Shown here: positions 14,242 through 30,247 of the stretch, piece by piece
Numbering within the stretch: position 1 is the stretch's first letter
Layout: each line of letters begins with the position of its first letter
Source of the DNA: the human T2T-CHM13v2.0 reference genome, Homo sapiens
Assembly (NCBI RefSeq): GCF_009914755.1
Contig: NC_060931.1
Direction: 5' to 3' (one strand)
DNA length: 64,000 nt
Notes under the pieces: model-generated
The model's input: the letters and a program-made list of their open reading frames with translations, nothing else
The model's database searches: none
What the model was told of the DNA's origin: nothing
Program-made: the position numbers and the translations under genes

Positions 14242-14992
14242 CTAAGCTAAAGGAAAAGCTAGGGGTTTTAGGAACATGCCAATATATGTAATTTTATTAT
14301 TCATTTGGGAAGCAATTGGGAGCCACTCTAGTTTTCTGATTGTGGAATTGGCATGGCCATGGTAATTCTTACATTTCTTATAGAATACTTCTGTTAGTGG
14401 CTGATGTAAGGTGCAGTAGAGTTAAAACTAACTGAAAAAAGTAGGCATTTCAAATATTCATCTAGATAAATACAAAAAAGCACATTAAGTGTAATTTTAT
14501 TTCAGAATGAAAGGTGTTCTTATCAAGAGCTTTGCTCTAGTCAAAACAATCAGGAATATTTGTTAGCAATTTGTTTGTAATTTTTTTTTTTACTTGAGAG
14601 GTGGTGCCAGGTTTTTTGTTTGTTTTTCTTTTTATTTCACATAAATCAGAACATAACTCATTAGAGCCAGATATTTTATTTTCTAACTGTTTGTGAACCT
14701 TCATTTAGATACTCTTGACATGTCTGCAAAACAGTCAATATAGTTTGTTCTCCCAAATAGGCAGGAGAAGTAAATATGATGTTAGTGGGTTTTTTTTTTT
14801 TTTTTTTTAGCAATTTAAATATGGTGCTTTTGTTTTCCTTGAACACAATTTATATTTGATTGATAATGTTACTTTACTGTTCATTTACTGATAGCTGTCA
14901 TTCCTGAAATAAAAATTAGCAAGCAAGCTAGGCTTAATTCAAGGTATGGCTATAGAAAGTAGCAAGCAGTTCTGTCTTTTCAAGGCTGAATA

Positions 14993-15914
14993 TTTCTTTT
15001 TTTCTTTTTCTTCCAACTTTAATTTTAGGTTCAGGGTGTACATGTGCAGATTTTCTACGTGGGTAAATTGTGTGTCCCTGAGGTTTGGGGTATGAATGAT
15101 CCCATCACCCAGGTAGTGAGCATAGTACCCGCTAGGTAGTTTTTCAACCCATGCCTCCTTCCCTCCCACCTTTAGTAGTCCACAGTATCTATTTTTCCCA
15201 TCTTTGTGTCCATGTGTCAGTGTTTAGCTCCTGTTGATAAATAAGAACATATGGTATTTAGTTTTCTGTTCTAATTTCTAATTTCTGTTCTGTTTCTAAT
15301 TCACTTAGGATAATGGTCTCTAGCTACATCCATGTTGCTGCCAAGGACATTATTTTATTGTTTTTTTATGGCTGCATAGTATTCCATGGTGTATATGTGC
15401 AACATTTTCTTTGTACAATCCATTGTTCAGGGGCACCTGCATTGATTCCATGTCTTTGCTATTGTGAATAGCATTGCAGTGAATATATGGGTAAATGTGT
15501 TGTAGAATGATATATTTTCCTTTGGGTATATACCCAGTAATGGAATAGCTGGGTTGAATGGTAGTTCAACTCTCAGTTCTTTGAGAAATCTCCAAACTGC
15601 TCTCCACAGTGGCTGAACTAATTTACATTTTCACCACCAGTATATAAGCGTTCCTTTTCTCCACACTTTTAAATACTAGCCATTCTGACTGGTGTGACAT
15701 GGTATCTTCATTTTGGTTTTGATTTGTGTATCAGTGATGTTGAGTGTTTTTTTATATATTTGTTGGCTGCAGGTATTTCTGCTTCTGAGAAGTGTCTGTT
15801 CATGTTCTTTGCCCATTTTTTAATGAGGTTGTTTGTTTTTTGCTTGTTGATTAAGTTCCTTATAGATTCTGGATATTAGACCTTTGTTGGATGCATAGTT
15901 TGCAAATATTTTCT
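14993..15914 (-). mobile_element. 5'-truncated older primate L1 (L1PA15/16-like), ORF2 end plus 3'UTR
   Basis: aactttaattttaggttcagggtgtacatgtgcag...gatcccatcacccaggtagtgagcatagtaccc; similar flanks ttctgtcttt(t)tcaa(a)gg at 14970 and 15911 are a possible TSD. Confidence 0.9.
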
Positions 15915-16655
15915 GTCTTTTTCAAAGGATTTCAGAACATTGGGTATCAAGCTTGTTGACTTTTTGCCTAATACTGCTAAACTGATCAGGAGGAATCACA
16001 GCATTGTTTTCATATAGCAATGCTCAGTAAGGAGGAAAGTCTCAATAAAGGTTTTAGGTAAGTGGAAACAACTTAGAGATATGAGGAACAGTTGTAATGA
16101 TTAAAACATTCTTCTACATTCTTATCAGAAGCTTGAAATTACTAGTGATAGTCAAATTCTTATTTCCCAGTGTTAACAACAGCAGCAGCAGTAACAATAA
16201 ATTATTTATTTTGTGCAAGGCTCTATACTAGTTTCTAGCAATACAGAAGAAGGATAAAGAGGGTTTTTATTTGTAAGGAACATAACCATTAAATGGGGGA
16301 GAAAGACGTGTCCCCTAGAGTTAATTACAGTGCAAGAAAGCATAGAGTAAGTTTTGAAATGAATAGCGTAGGTAATAAATAAATGGCAGAGGAATTCTGA
16401 TCTGGGAGTAGACATTATGGGCAAGAATGTCTTGTCAAAGCTTCACAAAGGAAGTTCTCATGATGGGTGCCCCATAGGTTTCTGTCATGTATCTTGACCT
16501 AATGTTAATCTTATTTTTGTGTTATCACTTGCTTAGGTGTCATTCTTGGCAATTAGTTGGTAAGTTGCTTAGGGGCAGGGCTGGTGTGTATATTGTTCAA
16601 CTCTAAATCTTTAGCATTGATTCATAGATGTATAGCAATATATGTTGAATGAATG

Positions 16656-17011
16656 TCATATGGTTAGGCTTTGTGTCCCCACCCAAATCTCATCTTGAAT
16701 TGTATTTCCCACATGTTGAGGGAGGGACCTGGTGGGAAGTGATTGGATCATGGAGGCAGTTTCTCATGATGTTCTCATGATAGTGAGTTCTCAGGAGAGC
16801 TGATGGTTTAAAAGTGTTTGGCAGTTCCCCACCCCCAGCCCCCCACAGCCATGTAAGAAATGCCTTGCTTCCCCTTCACCTTCTGCCGTGATTGTAAGTT
16901 TCCTGAGGCCTCCCCAGCCATGTGGAACTGTGAGTCAATTAAGCCTCTTTTGTTTATAAATTATCCAGTCTCAGGGAGTTTTCTATAGTAGTGTGAAAAT
17001 GGACTAAGACA
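16656..17011 (+). mobile_element. Solo LTR, THE1D/MSTA-like (ERVL-MaLR), inserted in an L2 tail
   Basis: atatggttaggctttgtgtccccacccaaatctcatcttgaattg...ggactaagaca; 5-bp TSD GAATG at 16651-16655 and 17012-17016. Confidence 0.92.
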
Positions 17012-18784
17012 GAATGAATAAGGGATACATGAATGAAGAGGTGGAACTTGTATTTAACCTTGAAGGAAGGGCACACAAGGAGATAGGAAGGACTTATTGG
17101 CAGAAGGAAAAATACAAGTTAATGTATGGTAGTGGGAATACTCAGAGTATGGATAGGTGATGAGTGATCCAAGTTTGTTTTGATGAAGAGGCTAATATAG
17201 GAGAGTAGTATAGGTTGACATTGGACAAGATAAACACTTGCAAGATTGGGAAGACATTGAATATTGTTATTAAATTACTCCATAGCATAGGTAAGACCTA
17301 TAACTTTGACATGTATTTCTCTATAAAATAAGGGTAGGAAAAGGTCAGTGAAGAAATACAACTAAAGAAAATGATATTTCAGAATTAAATTATGTAATAT
17401 GATATTATATAATGTTGCATGAACAAAGCAGTGTACAAATTTACATAAATATGCTTATGTGATACAATGTGATGAATATGAAATACAATGTAAATTTGTA
17501 TACATGTCCATATATGTGTAGGTAGTTTTAGAGAGAATTGTCTGAAAAGGTGTTTCCCAAAATATTAATACTGTAAAGGCTCTCTCTAAGTAGTAAATAA
17601 TTTTAAGTAATCTTTTATGCCCTTTTTAAATTTAGCTGAAGTCTGTTTCTGTAACCTAGGGGTGATTTGTAGAGGATGCTCTTGTTTGGAGTGGAGAGGA
17701 AGAAATAAATATAGGGAGATATTTTAAGGGCAGAATTGAAAGGACATGGGGTCTTAATAAAGGGGATAAAAGTAGAATTTTTAGGTCTGATTTTAAGGTT
17801 TCAAGCCAATTGGCATAATTAATAGCAAATTGGGAGGGATGTCGTCCTGTAGTTTGGGACGTTTTTCATGGGAAAATTGGCTTATTAATGTCCACATCTT
17901 GAACTATTATGTAAACACATATAGCAGCAACTGGACTAGTAGTTAACGGTGTCTCTGATCGGGTAAAGATTGGAGTAATCAGAGGGTGGTACTAAAGTGT
18001 GATTTTTTTTTTCTACCACAGAACTCAACATTCATGAAAAGTCAGACAGTTACTCAACTCTCACATATTCTTTAGGAGAATGGGAACATACTGTTTGTTC
18101 TCATTTTAGAGACTGATAAAGCAAGAATTAGGAAAATGGAGAAAAGGACAGTTATGTTCAGGTGCTCACTGAGTGGCAGAGGGAGGGCCTTCCTGCTGGT
18201 TGACTACCATGTTGCCTTGGATGGGGGAACACATCCATCACTGCTGCTCCTGTATCCCACTGTGATTGGTTCTCTGGTTGCAACTCTTCTCTTATTTTTT
18301 AATCTGAATTTAAAAAAGGCTTTGTTTCCAAAGTCTGTCATGGCCTGTTTTTTAGGTTTAACTGGTAACATAGGGGAGATGCCATGAAGGATGGCTCAAA
18401 ATAGGAAATACAGTTGTATAATTGAGACAAAAAAGGATATCCTGGAAATAATATTATGTTAGGTTAGTAAGTTGTAGAGCTTCTAATTATGCGGGTATTT
18501 TCTCTCCCCTAATTACTAATTTTAGAAAGCATTTCTTTCAATTTAAGAGTTAGCCTTAAATTTGTCTCCTGAAACTATGTTAGAAACCACATATTTCCAG
18601 TTCAGTTGAAATTATATGGTATTAAATCTGTAACTTTCCAGGTTCTATAGACTGGCAGAAATGGGTTTAAAGGATTGGTGCTTCAGTGATTTTCAGAGGA
18701 AAGGTCCTCCTGTTGTTCTGGCCATTCATACCTTACTATTTCTGTTTCTGGGCTATTCTGGGATAGAAATGGGATTGAGTCCTG

Positions 18785-18848
18785 TGAATGGGAATCATTT
18801 TCCATTTACTATGAATGGGAATCATTTTCCATTTACTATGAATGGGAA
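18785..18848. repeat. Perfect 27-bp tandem repeat, ~2.4 copies
   Basis: TGAATGGGAATCATTTTCCATTTACTA x2 plus TGAATGGGAA. Confidence 0.95.
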
Positions 18849-19551
18849 ATGGGAACTGTCCTATGAATATAAGTATGTTAGTTATGTCTATTTTAAGAGT
18901 GGATTAGTAAACTAGATTCTGGATAGAAATTTTTAAAAGGGGCAATTTTACATTTTAATCTCATAGCTTGAATAACTCATGAATTCTAAATGAAGAATAA
19001 ACACCTTTTCTTTGGGGGGCGGGGGGAATAGCTTTAAAACAGACTGAAATGTTTCATAAGTGTATCCTGTCTTGCTATAATTTGGTCCTAGACCTTGAGC
19101 AGAAAATCCTTGTACTCTGTAAAGAAAATAGTGACCCTGTATATTGACCTGGCCCAAGATGGAAAAACAAGGAACCCTTCTTGGACTTTGTACTCATTAC
19201 ACTCAAATCTTTGTTCTAGTCACTAAGTCCTTTCATAAGTAAATTTTCCGGAACTTTCTATGCTGTAACTTTTGCTTTTTTCACGTGGCTCTGTTCAATG
19301 ATAATGGTGTCTATTTTACCTTAGTGCCTTCACTGGCATATATACCTTGCCTAGAATCACCTTTTTCCTTCAACAGATCTAATTTAGGTTCTTCAACCTC
19401 CAATTAGTCTTTTCTAACAACTTCAGCCTTCATTTTTTAATCCCATCAAGGTCATATCTAGGAAACATTTTGATGTTTACCACTGAATTCAGTATCACGT
19501 GATATTTTATATTTGCTTTGGTTTAATAGATTCGAGTTTGATCTCAACAGA

Positions 19552-19850
19552 TTTTTTTTTTTTGAGCCAGAATCTCACTCTATTGCCTGCTTCAGTGCAG
19601 TGGCGTGATCATGCCTCACTGCAGCTTTGAATTCCTGGACTCAAGCAATCCTCCCACCTCAGCCTCCTGAGTAGTTGAGACTACATCTACACGCCATGCC
19701 CAGCTAATTTTTATTTATTTATTTATTTTCTGTAGAGATAGGGTCTTGCTTTGTTACCCAGGCTGGTCTCAAACTCCTTGCCTCAAGTGATTCTCCTACC
19801 TTTGACTCCCAAAATGTTGGGATTTACAGATGTGAGCCACTGCGCTGACC
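19552..19850 (-). mobile_element. AluJ
   Basis: AluJ diagnostics (ctcaagcaatcctcccacctcagcc); TSD TCAACAGA. Confidence 0.95.
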
Positions 19851-20429
19851 TCAACAGACCTTTACTGAGTTTTATCTTCAAGCTTTCAAAGAATTTTCTT
19901 TTTGAGACACAGTATTGGGAATATAGTAAATGCTAAATAATTCTTTGGTATTAGTATTAAGGCAATGTGGAGAAAAAGTTCTGAAATGTGACTTATTGAG
20001 CTGAGACCTAAATACTTGTTAATATTGATTGATCTGAATTGAGATCATTTTTATTCTTCTCTTCCTGGCATAAGCCACTTAAATCAAATTCAGCAGAAGT
20101 TATACATGTTAATCAATAGAGTCAGCTCATGAGTAATCAGGAAAATCTACAAAAAAGGTTACATCAAAGTAGATTTCTCAAAAGCCTCAAGCAGTCTGGA
20201 TGAAAAAATATATATTTTATATTATGTATACAGCATATGTATATATTTCTGTGTTGCCAGATGTAGAATATGACCTCTCTAATCAATACAAAGTTGGAAT
20301 CATAGCCATTTAAAATATTCTTAATGTTTTAAAGAAACAGAACACATACTTATTTTTCTTGTTGTTGTGGTTTGTTTTTGTGTTTGCTTTTTTGTTTTTT
20401 GTTGGTTGGTTTTTCAACAGCATTTTGAC

Positions 20430-21521
<1,092 letters not shown>

Positions 21522-24500
21522 AAAAGTTGTTTTAAAAAAAGGCATTTTCCTAATAATGAGGTTTGAGAGAAATTTTTCTTCTGAGTCTTTATAAGGTAGA
21601 CATTGGGTGATATAATGAATAACAGCCTTGACAATAGTAGGCCAAATTATGACAAGATATGGTCAAATTAGTTGACACTCAAATCCAAAATTAAATAATT
21701 GATTAGGTGTGAACCTTAAGAAGGCTATTGGATCACTTTAACCAAATTGTTCATTTTTGCCAGTTCTTTGCTGGAATGGAGATAGCTGGTCACCTCAATT
21801 AAAGAGGAAAAAAGATGAATTCATTCACTGATTGAATCCAGTGCCTGATGACTCATGAGTAGTTAGGTGTAATTCTTATGACTACACAATGGTGGGTTGA
21901 AGCCTGATTTCCTAACTTTGGAAATTAATCTTTCGTGTGTTCTTGTTGGCGGTGTGGGAGTAGGGGGAAAGTAGAAAAACCGAAGCAGCCTCCATCTTCC
22001 CCAAAATTCAGGGGCACAATTTAGCCTTATTGTTCAAGACCCTCTGCCAGAGTTGAGTCTAAGGCACAGTTTTTTTTTCCCTCAGTCTAAACAATCCAGG
22101 CTAAATTCATTTTTCAGCTTACAATACTGAACCCTCTTGGAATAAATAGGTGCTGTGACAGCTTCTCAAATTCATAACATTCAAGTGGGCTGTCAATGGC
22201 CTCCTGATGGATGTGTGGGTCAGGAACAGCCCCAGGGAAATCTCCTCGGAGAGGAAGTACTGGAAGTGAGAAGCCAGCAGTCAGACAATCTCCTGTTCAG
22301 TTGTATCACAGTTGTGCTTCTGAGAAAAAGCTGTAAAGAAATTAAATTTGTTTAAATCAAATTGTATTTTCAGTGCACTTAAGTAGTTGCTAAACCTAAA
22401 TGGATCCTGTTAAGAATTACTCTTTAAAGTGAATAAATCCCTTCAAAATTGTATCATTTCATATTTTTACATATTCAGAGATCCTTGCTAACTTTTGGGT
22501 ATGTAGATTTTAAGGTATAGGTTTATTTCAGCAATGAGAGATTTGGGGGACAAAGTCAAACTCCTATTCTTTCCTGACCCAAACTGGAAGTCAGCTTCTT
22601 CTTCTTGTTAGTGTTGTTGTTTGGATAGATGCTAAAAAATCCCAGGATTCTTTCCAGTAACTTCTCTCTGTAGGCAGCAAGCCAGTTGCTGTTTAGAGGT
22701 GACCCTGGTAGCCATTCAGGTGAAAAGGGGAATTCTCAGGGGAAGTCTTTTTTTCTAATTCTCTACAGCTGCTTCAGACCAGTGCTGATACACAGCAAAT
22801 GAAACATAATTCATTGTCCTAGCCAATAATGTCTTTCATAAGCACAAGTTGAATTTGTGATTTGTTGGGTAGTGTCTTACCCCACTGGGGTATCTTCGTA
22901 ATTTGTATGTGCTGAACTAATGATGTTTTATTTTATAAATTGGAATTCAATGCCAGTATGAAGGAAAGCAAAAATTCTTTCTATAAAGTTTTGTGATATT
23001 GGAAGTCCTTTGATCCTCACCTTGTGACTACTAAATGTCCCCTCTACCCTGTATAATCTGGCCAATCTTTACTCTTAAATAGCATTCTTTGTTTAAAGAC
23101 GTAAGCTTAGGATTCATTGTAATTCGTTGGTTTCTCCATTTTTTAAACTGTAATTTGTTCCAAATGCTATGGGGTTTTTCCAGATAAGCTACTGGTTTTT
23201 ATACTCTTTCCATGTAAATTAGCTGAACAGTAGGCCTCAGTTTGGAGAATATTAATTAAGATTATTTAGAGATGTTAAATTCCTTATGCTTCTAGTGTAA
23301 TGATAGCTAACTTTATATAGTATCTAACAGTTTACTAAAATTCATCACATAGATCACTTAAATTGGCCCCTAAAAAACTAAATCTGTGAGGCAAGTTAAT
23401 ATTACTTTGCTACTTTTTACATTAGAGAAACAGGAGGATTGTCTAGAAAAGTAAAATGATTTGCCTGAGGTAAACAGCACAATTCAAACTATTGAGTCAA
23501 AGGCCTGTGTTCTTTGCATGATATCAAGCAAGCTTTAGGCAGGCTTTGCTGCTGGAGGAAGAGATCTGGGCCATTTCTTTCTCCCTTGTACCCTATGCTC
23601 ACATTTTGGGGCCTCTCATCCCAGTAATTCTGATGAGAATGGTCAGGGGATGTGTCTGGGTGACTGCCCTTTCTGAACTGTGTTGTTCTCAGCCATCAGG
23701 GAACACCTTATGCCCAAACTGAGAAATGTAAGGTTGAGGCTCATAGCTCTCTTTCCACATGCCCTTCTTGTCTCTTTTAACATAAAAAGACTGTCTCAAC
23801 TTGATAGCCCACTATCATAGCCTCTTAATCACAGGGAAAATAATTATCAATATCCGAGGTGTGATAGGCTATAAATTGTACATGAAATCAGCTTTGTAAA
23901 TTATAAAACTGTGACAGTGAAGGAAATTACTAAGTTTCTGAAAAAATAGAAAATCAAGACAAAGCCAAACTCTGATCCCATTTTATGGAGAGGGCTGTCA
24001 CTCCAGCTTCAAGCTCTCCTCTTCTCTCCAGCCAACTGTATTCATGCTTCCTCATATTAATTTTTTTATGCTACATCTGTGTTTCCATTTTCTTCTGTGC
24101 TGTCCATCTACTTGCACACTTGGACTAGATTCACTTCCCCTTTGCAAGCTCATGCCTTGTAGGTAATAAGTGGCATGTTTCAAATCCTCTGTGCTATAGG
24201 AACAAAATCTCAGACCAGAAGTTCTGAGTTTGATACCCTTATTAGCCTTCCCTGTAACTTGACATTTTGCATTTTTTCCTCATAAAAGGGGGACTTAGGT
24301 GCTCTGCCTGTTTAATTTGTAAAGTTGTTGTGAATACTTAATGAGATAGTGTAGGTAATATCCTTAAAGGAGGATGTTGATGTGAGGGGTTAGCCCTGGT
24401 TCCAGTACTAACCTCCTGTGTGATTTAAGGCAAGTCACCACATCTCTCTGGGCCTTAGAACTTTTCTGTTTCCTTAACATTAAAATATGGGGTTAGGATT

Positions 24501-24884
24501 AGATGATTTTGAAGGTCTTTTCAGATTCAATCAGTTGAATTCAGATGAGTATATTGAATATTTACAGTGTCATGAACTATAAATAAGAACATTGTCCTTG
24601 TTCTCAAAAAACATGTAATCTAAGGAAAAGAGATGTAAATAAATGACCATAGTGTGATATAGTAAATTTCTTCTGTTCTAGCCCTGAAATTCTGATTCTG
24701 TGATTGCAAAACTTATCTCCTCTCAGTCTCTTCCATTTTAGAGCTTATTTCTGTCCAGAGGAAAGAAATTCACCAAGAAAAGTAGTTTTCATATGAGGGA
24801 ATAGAGTTTACTTGGTTTTTAGCAGAGCATTACTGGTGATTGATAATAGCTGTAAGTGGCGTGTTTGTCTGAGACACCAGATAA

Positions 24885-25206
<322 letters not shown>

Positions 25207-26789
25207 AGGACAGACTTCTTTAAACAAAAATAACCACTTATGGCTTTTTTTTTTTTTTTTTTTTTTGCTGAAATTGAGTTTTCTCCAGTAGGTAGAAGGA
25301 AAACTTGGATATTTAATAACTTATCAAAGTAGTGTTGATGACCAAGACCTTCCTTGTGTACTCATCTCTGTTCAGGCAATAGCTGGTATAAAACTAGAGA
25401 TATAATCTAAATATTCTGCATATCGGTAAACTAAGAGGAGACTGCTCAACTTACCATTCTCAGATTCTGCCAGAATCAACTTCTGATATACCAGAAGTTT
25501 TATGGTGGCCAGTTCCCCAATAATCTGTGTAATCTTTCTTAATATTATTTTTGATCATCAAATCATAACTTTTCTGAAGATTGCTAAACACTATTTTCTA
25601 AGGTGTTTTTAGGGGAATTAAAATGATGGCCACAGGATAAAACCCTAGAGAACTGAAACAAAGAACTCTTTCCTGAAGCTTCACGTGCTATTGTGTGATA
25701 TTTCCTATCACTCATGAACGCTTCCACTATGAAGATGGTATTCTATCCCCAGAATTAAAATTTCTTCTCCGGATGGTTTGTGTGATACTTGTTATTTTAT
25801 CCAAATTCAGCTCTTTATCACAGTGTTGGATATTGATACCAAGAATTTAAACAAAAAGTGGCTGTGTGAATCAGTTATTTGTAAGATAATAATCTTGTTC
25901 TTATTCTCTGAAAATGGATTCAGATTTCTAGTAAATGGATTCTATTAGAGGATTCCAATTTGAACTGTGACACCTGTTTAATTTGTTAAGTGAACTAGAA
26001 AGTGAGTTATTTTTAAAACTAGTTGTAATCCATACCTCTCTTAACAGATGCTCTCATCCTCATATAGTCTATTTTAGCTACTTCGAAGGAAGAAATACAT
26101 GGGTTTAGAGGGGCCCCTTATCCATTCAAATCCAAATTTGGACATTTCAAGAAAAGATCTGTTTTATACATAACACATTTACTTAGGTTTGTAGATTTTT
26201 CTTTATTTGCTGAGTTTTAAAAAGATCAATCTTTTTTCTTTTTCTTTTTTGTTTTTTTCTGCCTGGTTTGATTTTCTTTTTATTTGTGTGTTTTAACAGA
26301 GAAGCTTTACATGAGAATATCAATGCCAGGACCAAAGCTGTCATGTCCCTTTTTGTTTAATTCTCATCTGTATTAGAATTATACATGGATATCAACTATC
26401 TTTTGGCTAGTTTTATAGTTGAAAATCACTTCAAAGATAGTCATTAAGAATTATCTCATAACTGTGAAAAATGTCACTATCTCACAAATGTTTATTAACC
26501 CCAGTTTCAGTTGCTCATTGAGCCAAATTTCTTCCTCCATTAAGGTTCATGCAGCACCTAACACTCCAGTGGGTGCTCAATTTGTACTCTTTGAAGAGAT
26601 TGAATAAACATATATTTTATTTTTTCTCAGGGTAAATTGATCTTAGCTTCTATTCTATTAATAAGAAATAAACTTTATTACTTTCCCAGAATGCATAGTT
26701 TCTTTCATTGAAGTCATAAGCATAATTAATCTGAAAATAAGTAACAACTTTGTGGAAGTTAATTTTCTAGCTCCGTGGAGTTCTTTCAA

Positions 26790-26985
26790 AGCGGTGTGGA
26801 CAGTGACAGAACATGGGCTTTGTTGGGTAGCCAGTCCTGGGTTTGAATCTTGCTGCATGACTGTGGACAGTCAGCATCTTAAACCACCAGTTTCGTCACA
26901 GCCAAAGTAGATCTAATAGCCCCACTGCACAGTTTCATTATAGAGACCATATGAAGGAACTCATGCTTGGCCTATAGTAGGTCCT
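26790..26985 (+). mobile_element. MIR SINE
   Basis: cctgggtttgaatcttgct...cagtttcgtc...ggcctatagtaggtcct. Confidence 0.65.
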
Positions 26986-27447
26986 ACCTAGGAAGTATGG
27001 GGAGAGGGATCATTGTGTATATTGGAGAGAATGCCCCACAAGGGGTAGCCAGGGAGTATTCTTAGAATAGTTATTTCCTGGAAACTGGATGAAGACACTG
27101 GGAGGTATAACTCCAAACAAAATACCACACAAAAATACATTTAATGAATTCTAAGACATTAATTTTAGAGCACACTATTGATTAGATAACTTTTGAGGAT
27201 AAAAAGCAAAGCTACCACATTAAATGTGGCGTATCCTGATTTGAAAACCATTAAAGTGTTTATCAAAAATGGGTGTATGGGTGGGAGAGGTGCCTAACAA
27301 GCAAAGGGCATTATGGAATTAAGGAAATCTATTATTGGCTCTGCCTCACAACTGGTATTCTAGGTACTAGCTCTACTTCTAAGAGAATGTTCTGCTAGTA
27401 ATATTAAGCTAATATGCTACCCTTCTAGGATGTACCAAATGGGATTT

Positions 27448-27630
27448 AATTCAGTTCAATTGAACAAATATTTGTTGAGCCCTACTGTGTGTTAGGCCCT
27501 ATGCTCTATGCTGGGGACACAGTAGTAAATAAGACAAGACACAGTCCCTGTCTTCACAGAGCTTACATGTATTAAGCAAGTCATTCCAAATGTGATGGAT
27601 ATAATAGAAGGGGACACACAGGGTGCTTTG
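27448..27630 (-). mobile_element. L2 3' end
   Basis: aacaaatatttgttgagccctactgtgtgttaggccctatgct...gctggggacacagtagtaaataagaca...gtccctgtcttcacagagcttaca. Confidence 0.8.
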
Positions 27631-27805
27631 AGAGAGAAGATGTGGAGATTATGACACATACTTTGGTAAATAATGTAAGTATTTTATATACAAAATCAAT
27701 CCCATGAAGAGGTACTGAAATTATTGGGATTGTATAAACTAGAGATGAAGAGGCCAAAGGGAGTGTTATTATTGTCTTCAGGTATATGACATTTTTTGAA
27801 TTTTA

Positions 27806-28201
<396 letters not shown>

Positions 28202-28720
28202 TTATTGCATGCTTCCTATGTGCTAGCCACCGTGACAAATACATTTTAAGTTGTATCTCATTTAATCTTCAAGCCACGTAATTACTTGTCTCTTACAAAG
28301 GAGAAAACTGAAGCTTAAAGACGTCGAGGACCTCCTGGGATTAAATTACCAGAGCCCAGATTCAGTTTAATCACTTATGATGAGGACGATCTCTGTTTTT
28401 CCATACCTGTCACAGATTTTTTAATGTTTAGAGTTCATGATTACTGAAGTGGTTACAAACTCAAATGACTAGAGGGCCAGGCAGGTAACACAGATGTAGA
28501 TGGGAAACAATAAGGAGTAATGTGCAGGACTTGAATGTTGTTCTGAACCAAAGGCATTCAAACATTCAAATGCAGGTTTACTTAAAAGAGGGACAAACAA
28601 AGGAATCTGTGGGCCCTTCACCCCAGGAGATCAGTTGTTGGGGAGGAGTCATTTATAGGTATTTCTCATACTCACTTAACCTGATAGCCGTTTGTATAGC
28701 ACTTATCATCTAGTATAGGA

Positions 28721-28724
<4 letters not shown>

Positions 28725-28768
<44 letters not shown>
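28725..28768. repeat. (GT)22 microsatellite
   Basis: Uninterrupted 44-bp GT run. Confidence 0.97.
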
Positions 28769-28774
<6 letters not shown>

Positions 28775-28895
28775 TGAAGGGTACAGTATGGCACAGTGGA
28801 AAATGCTTGGGCTTTGTAGGTTTTAAAGATACCTGGTTTGAATCTTGGCATTGCTGTGTGATTTTCACCAAGTTGCTTAACCCCTCTGCTCTTAG

Positions 28896-29206
<311 letters not shown>

Positions 29207-30028
29207 TATTTTTGTTGTGAGACTGTTGGTTCCTTGCAGGTAGCTCTTAAACACATGTATCCCCGTCACTCAGCACACACTTGATGTGGCACACTACTTT
29301 TGCCAATTTAGTCACACACAAATCTGAAATTCTTTTCAGTAAGTAATGATAGCCATCAAAAAGCTTGAGGTAAATGAGAATGAGTGACTTGCCCCAAACC
29401 TCTCTCCCTGATTCTAATGAAAGTACGTCTCATACCTAATTTTGTCACATATGAAGACATTTATTAAATAAACATTTATAAGCATGGGACAATTCATATG
29501 GCTTATTCTGCAGGCTGGGTGAAGGCCCAGCTGTCCTTTAGGTAGTAGACTACCACCTTTCTGGAAAGGTTCCACTGGGGCGGATTGGACAATAATCCAA
29601 GGCAGTGTCTTTTTCCCCTCGTAATGGACGTCAAGTAGCTAGAAATCTGCTTCCCAAAGTCAAGACACAGGAACATTTAGGTTTACACCTTGGACCCCAT
29701 CCCATGAGTGTCTTGCTGGAATTCGTGTACCCTGTTCATGCAGAGGAGGGTCTGAGTATAAAAATATTCAGTCAATCCACATGTCTTTAATACCATTAAT
29801 TTTTGCCAGTGAACCAATTCTAATATCTATAATGCTGACTATCAAACTTCTGATCATCAAACTTCATTAATCAAAATCCATTTCTGACATTTATTATGGA
29901 ATGAAAAAGTCTCCAGTGTTGCTGGAGATACTAGTAGCCTAAGTCCTTGTGGTAGCCCCTCTGGCTTGTGGGTTTTGCTGCTGATGAGAAGGATAACTGT
30001 TTTGAGCACAATCTCACTGACTCTAGAC

Positions 30029-30247
30029 CGATGGATCTCAACCCAGGGTGATTTTGCCCCCAGGGAGACATTTGACAATGTCCGGAGACATTTTTTGGTT
30101 GTCACAACTGGTAATGAGAGATGCTATTGGCATCTAGTGTGTAGAGTACAGGGGTGCAGATAAACTTCATATAGTACCTGGGGCAGCCCCAACAACAACA
30201 AATTATCTGGCCCCAAATGTCATTAACGAGGAGGATGAGAAACCCTG
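30029..30247 (+). mobile_element. MER20, full length
   Basis: gattttgccccc...gacatttgacaatgtccggagacatttt...gagaaaccctg; 8-bp TSD CTCTAGAC / CTCTAGAG. Confidence 0.92.

Noticed and set aside
18785-18848. Repeat array as CRISPR-like
   Set aside because: Head-to-tail duplication without spacers, in mammalian DNA.
26610-26640. Pyrimidine tract-CAG followed by GGTAAAT as a recursive splice site
   Set aside because: GT is offset by one base from the AG, so it is not a zero-length exon configuration.
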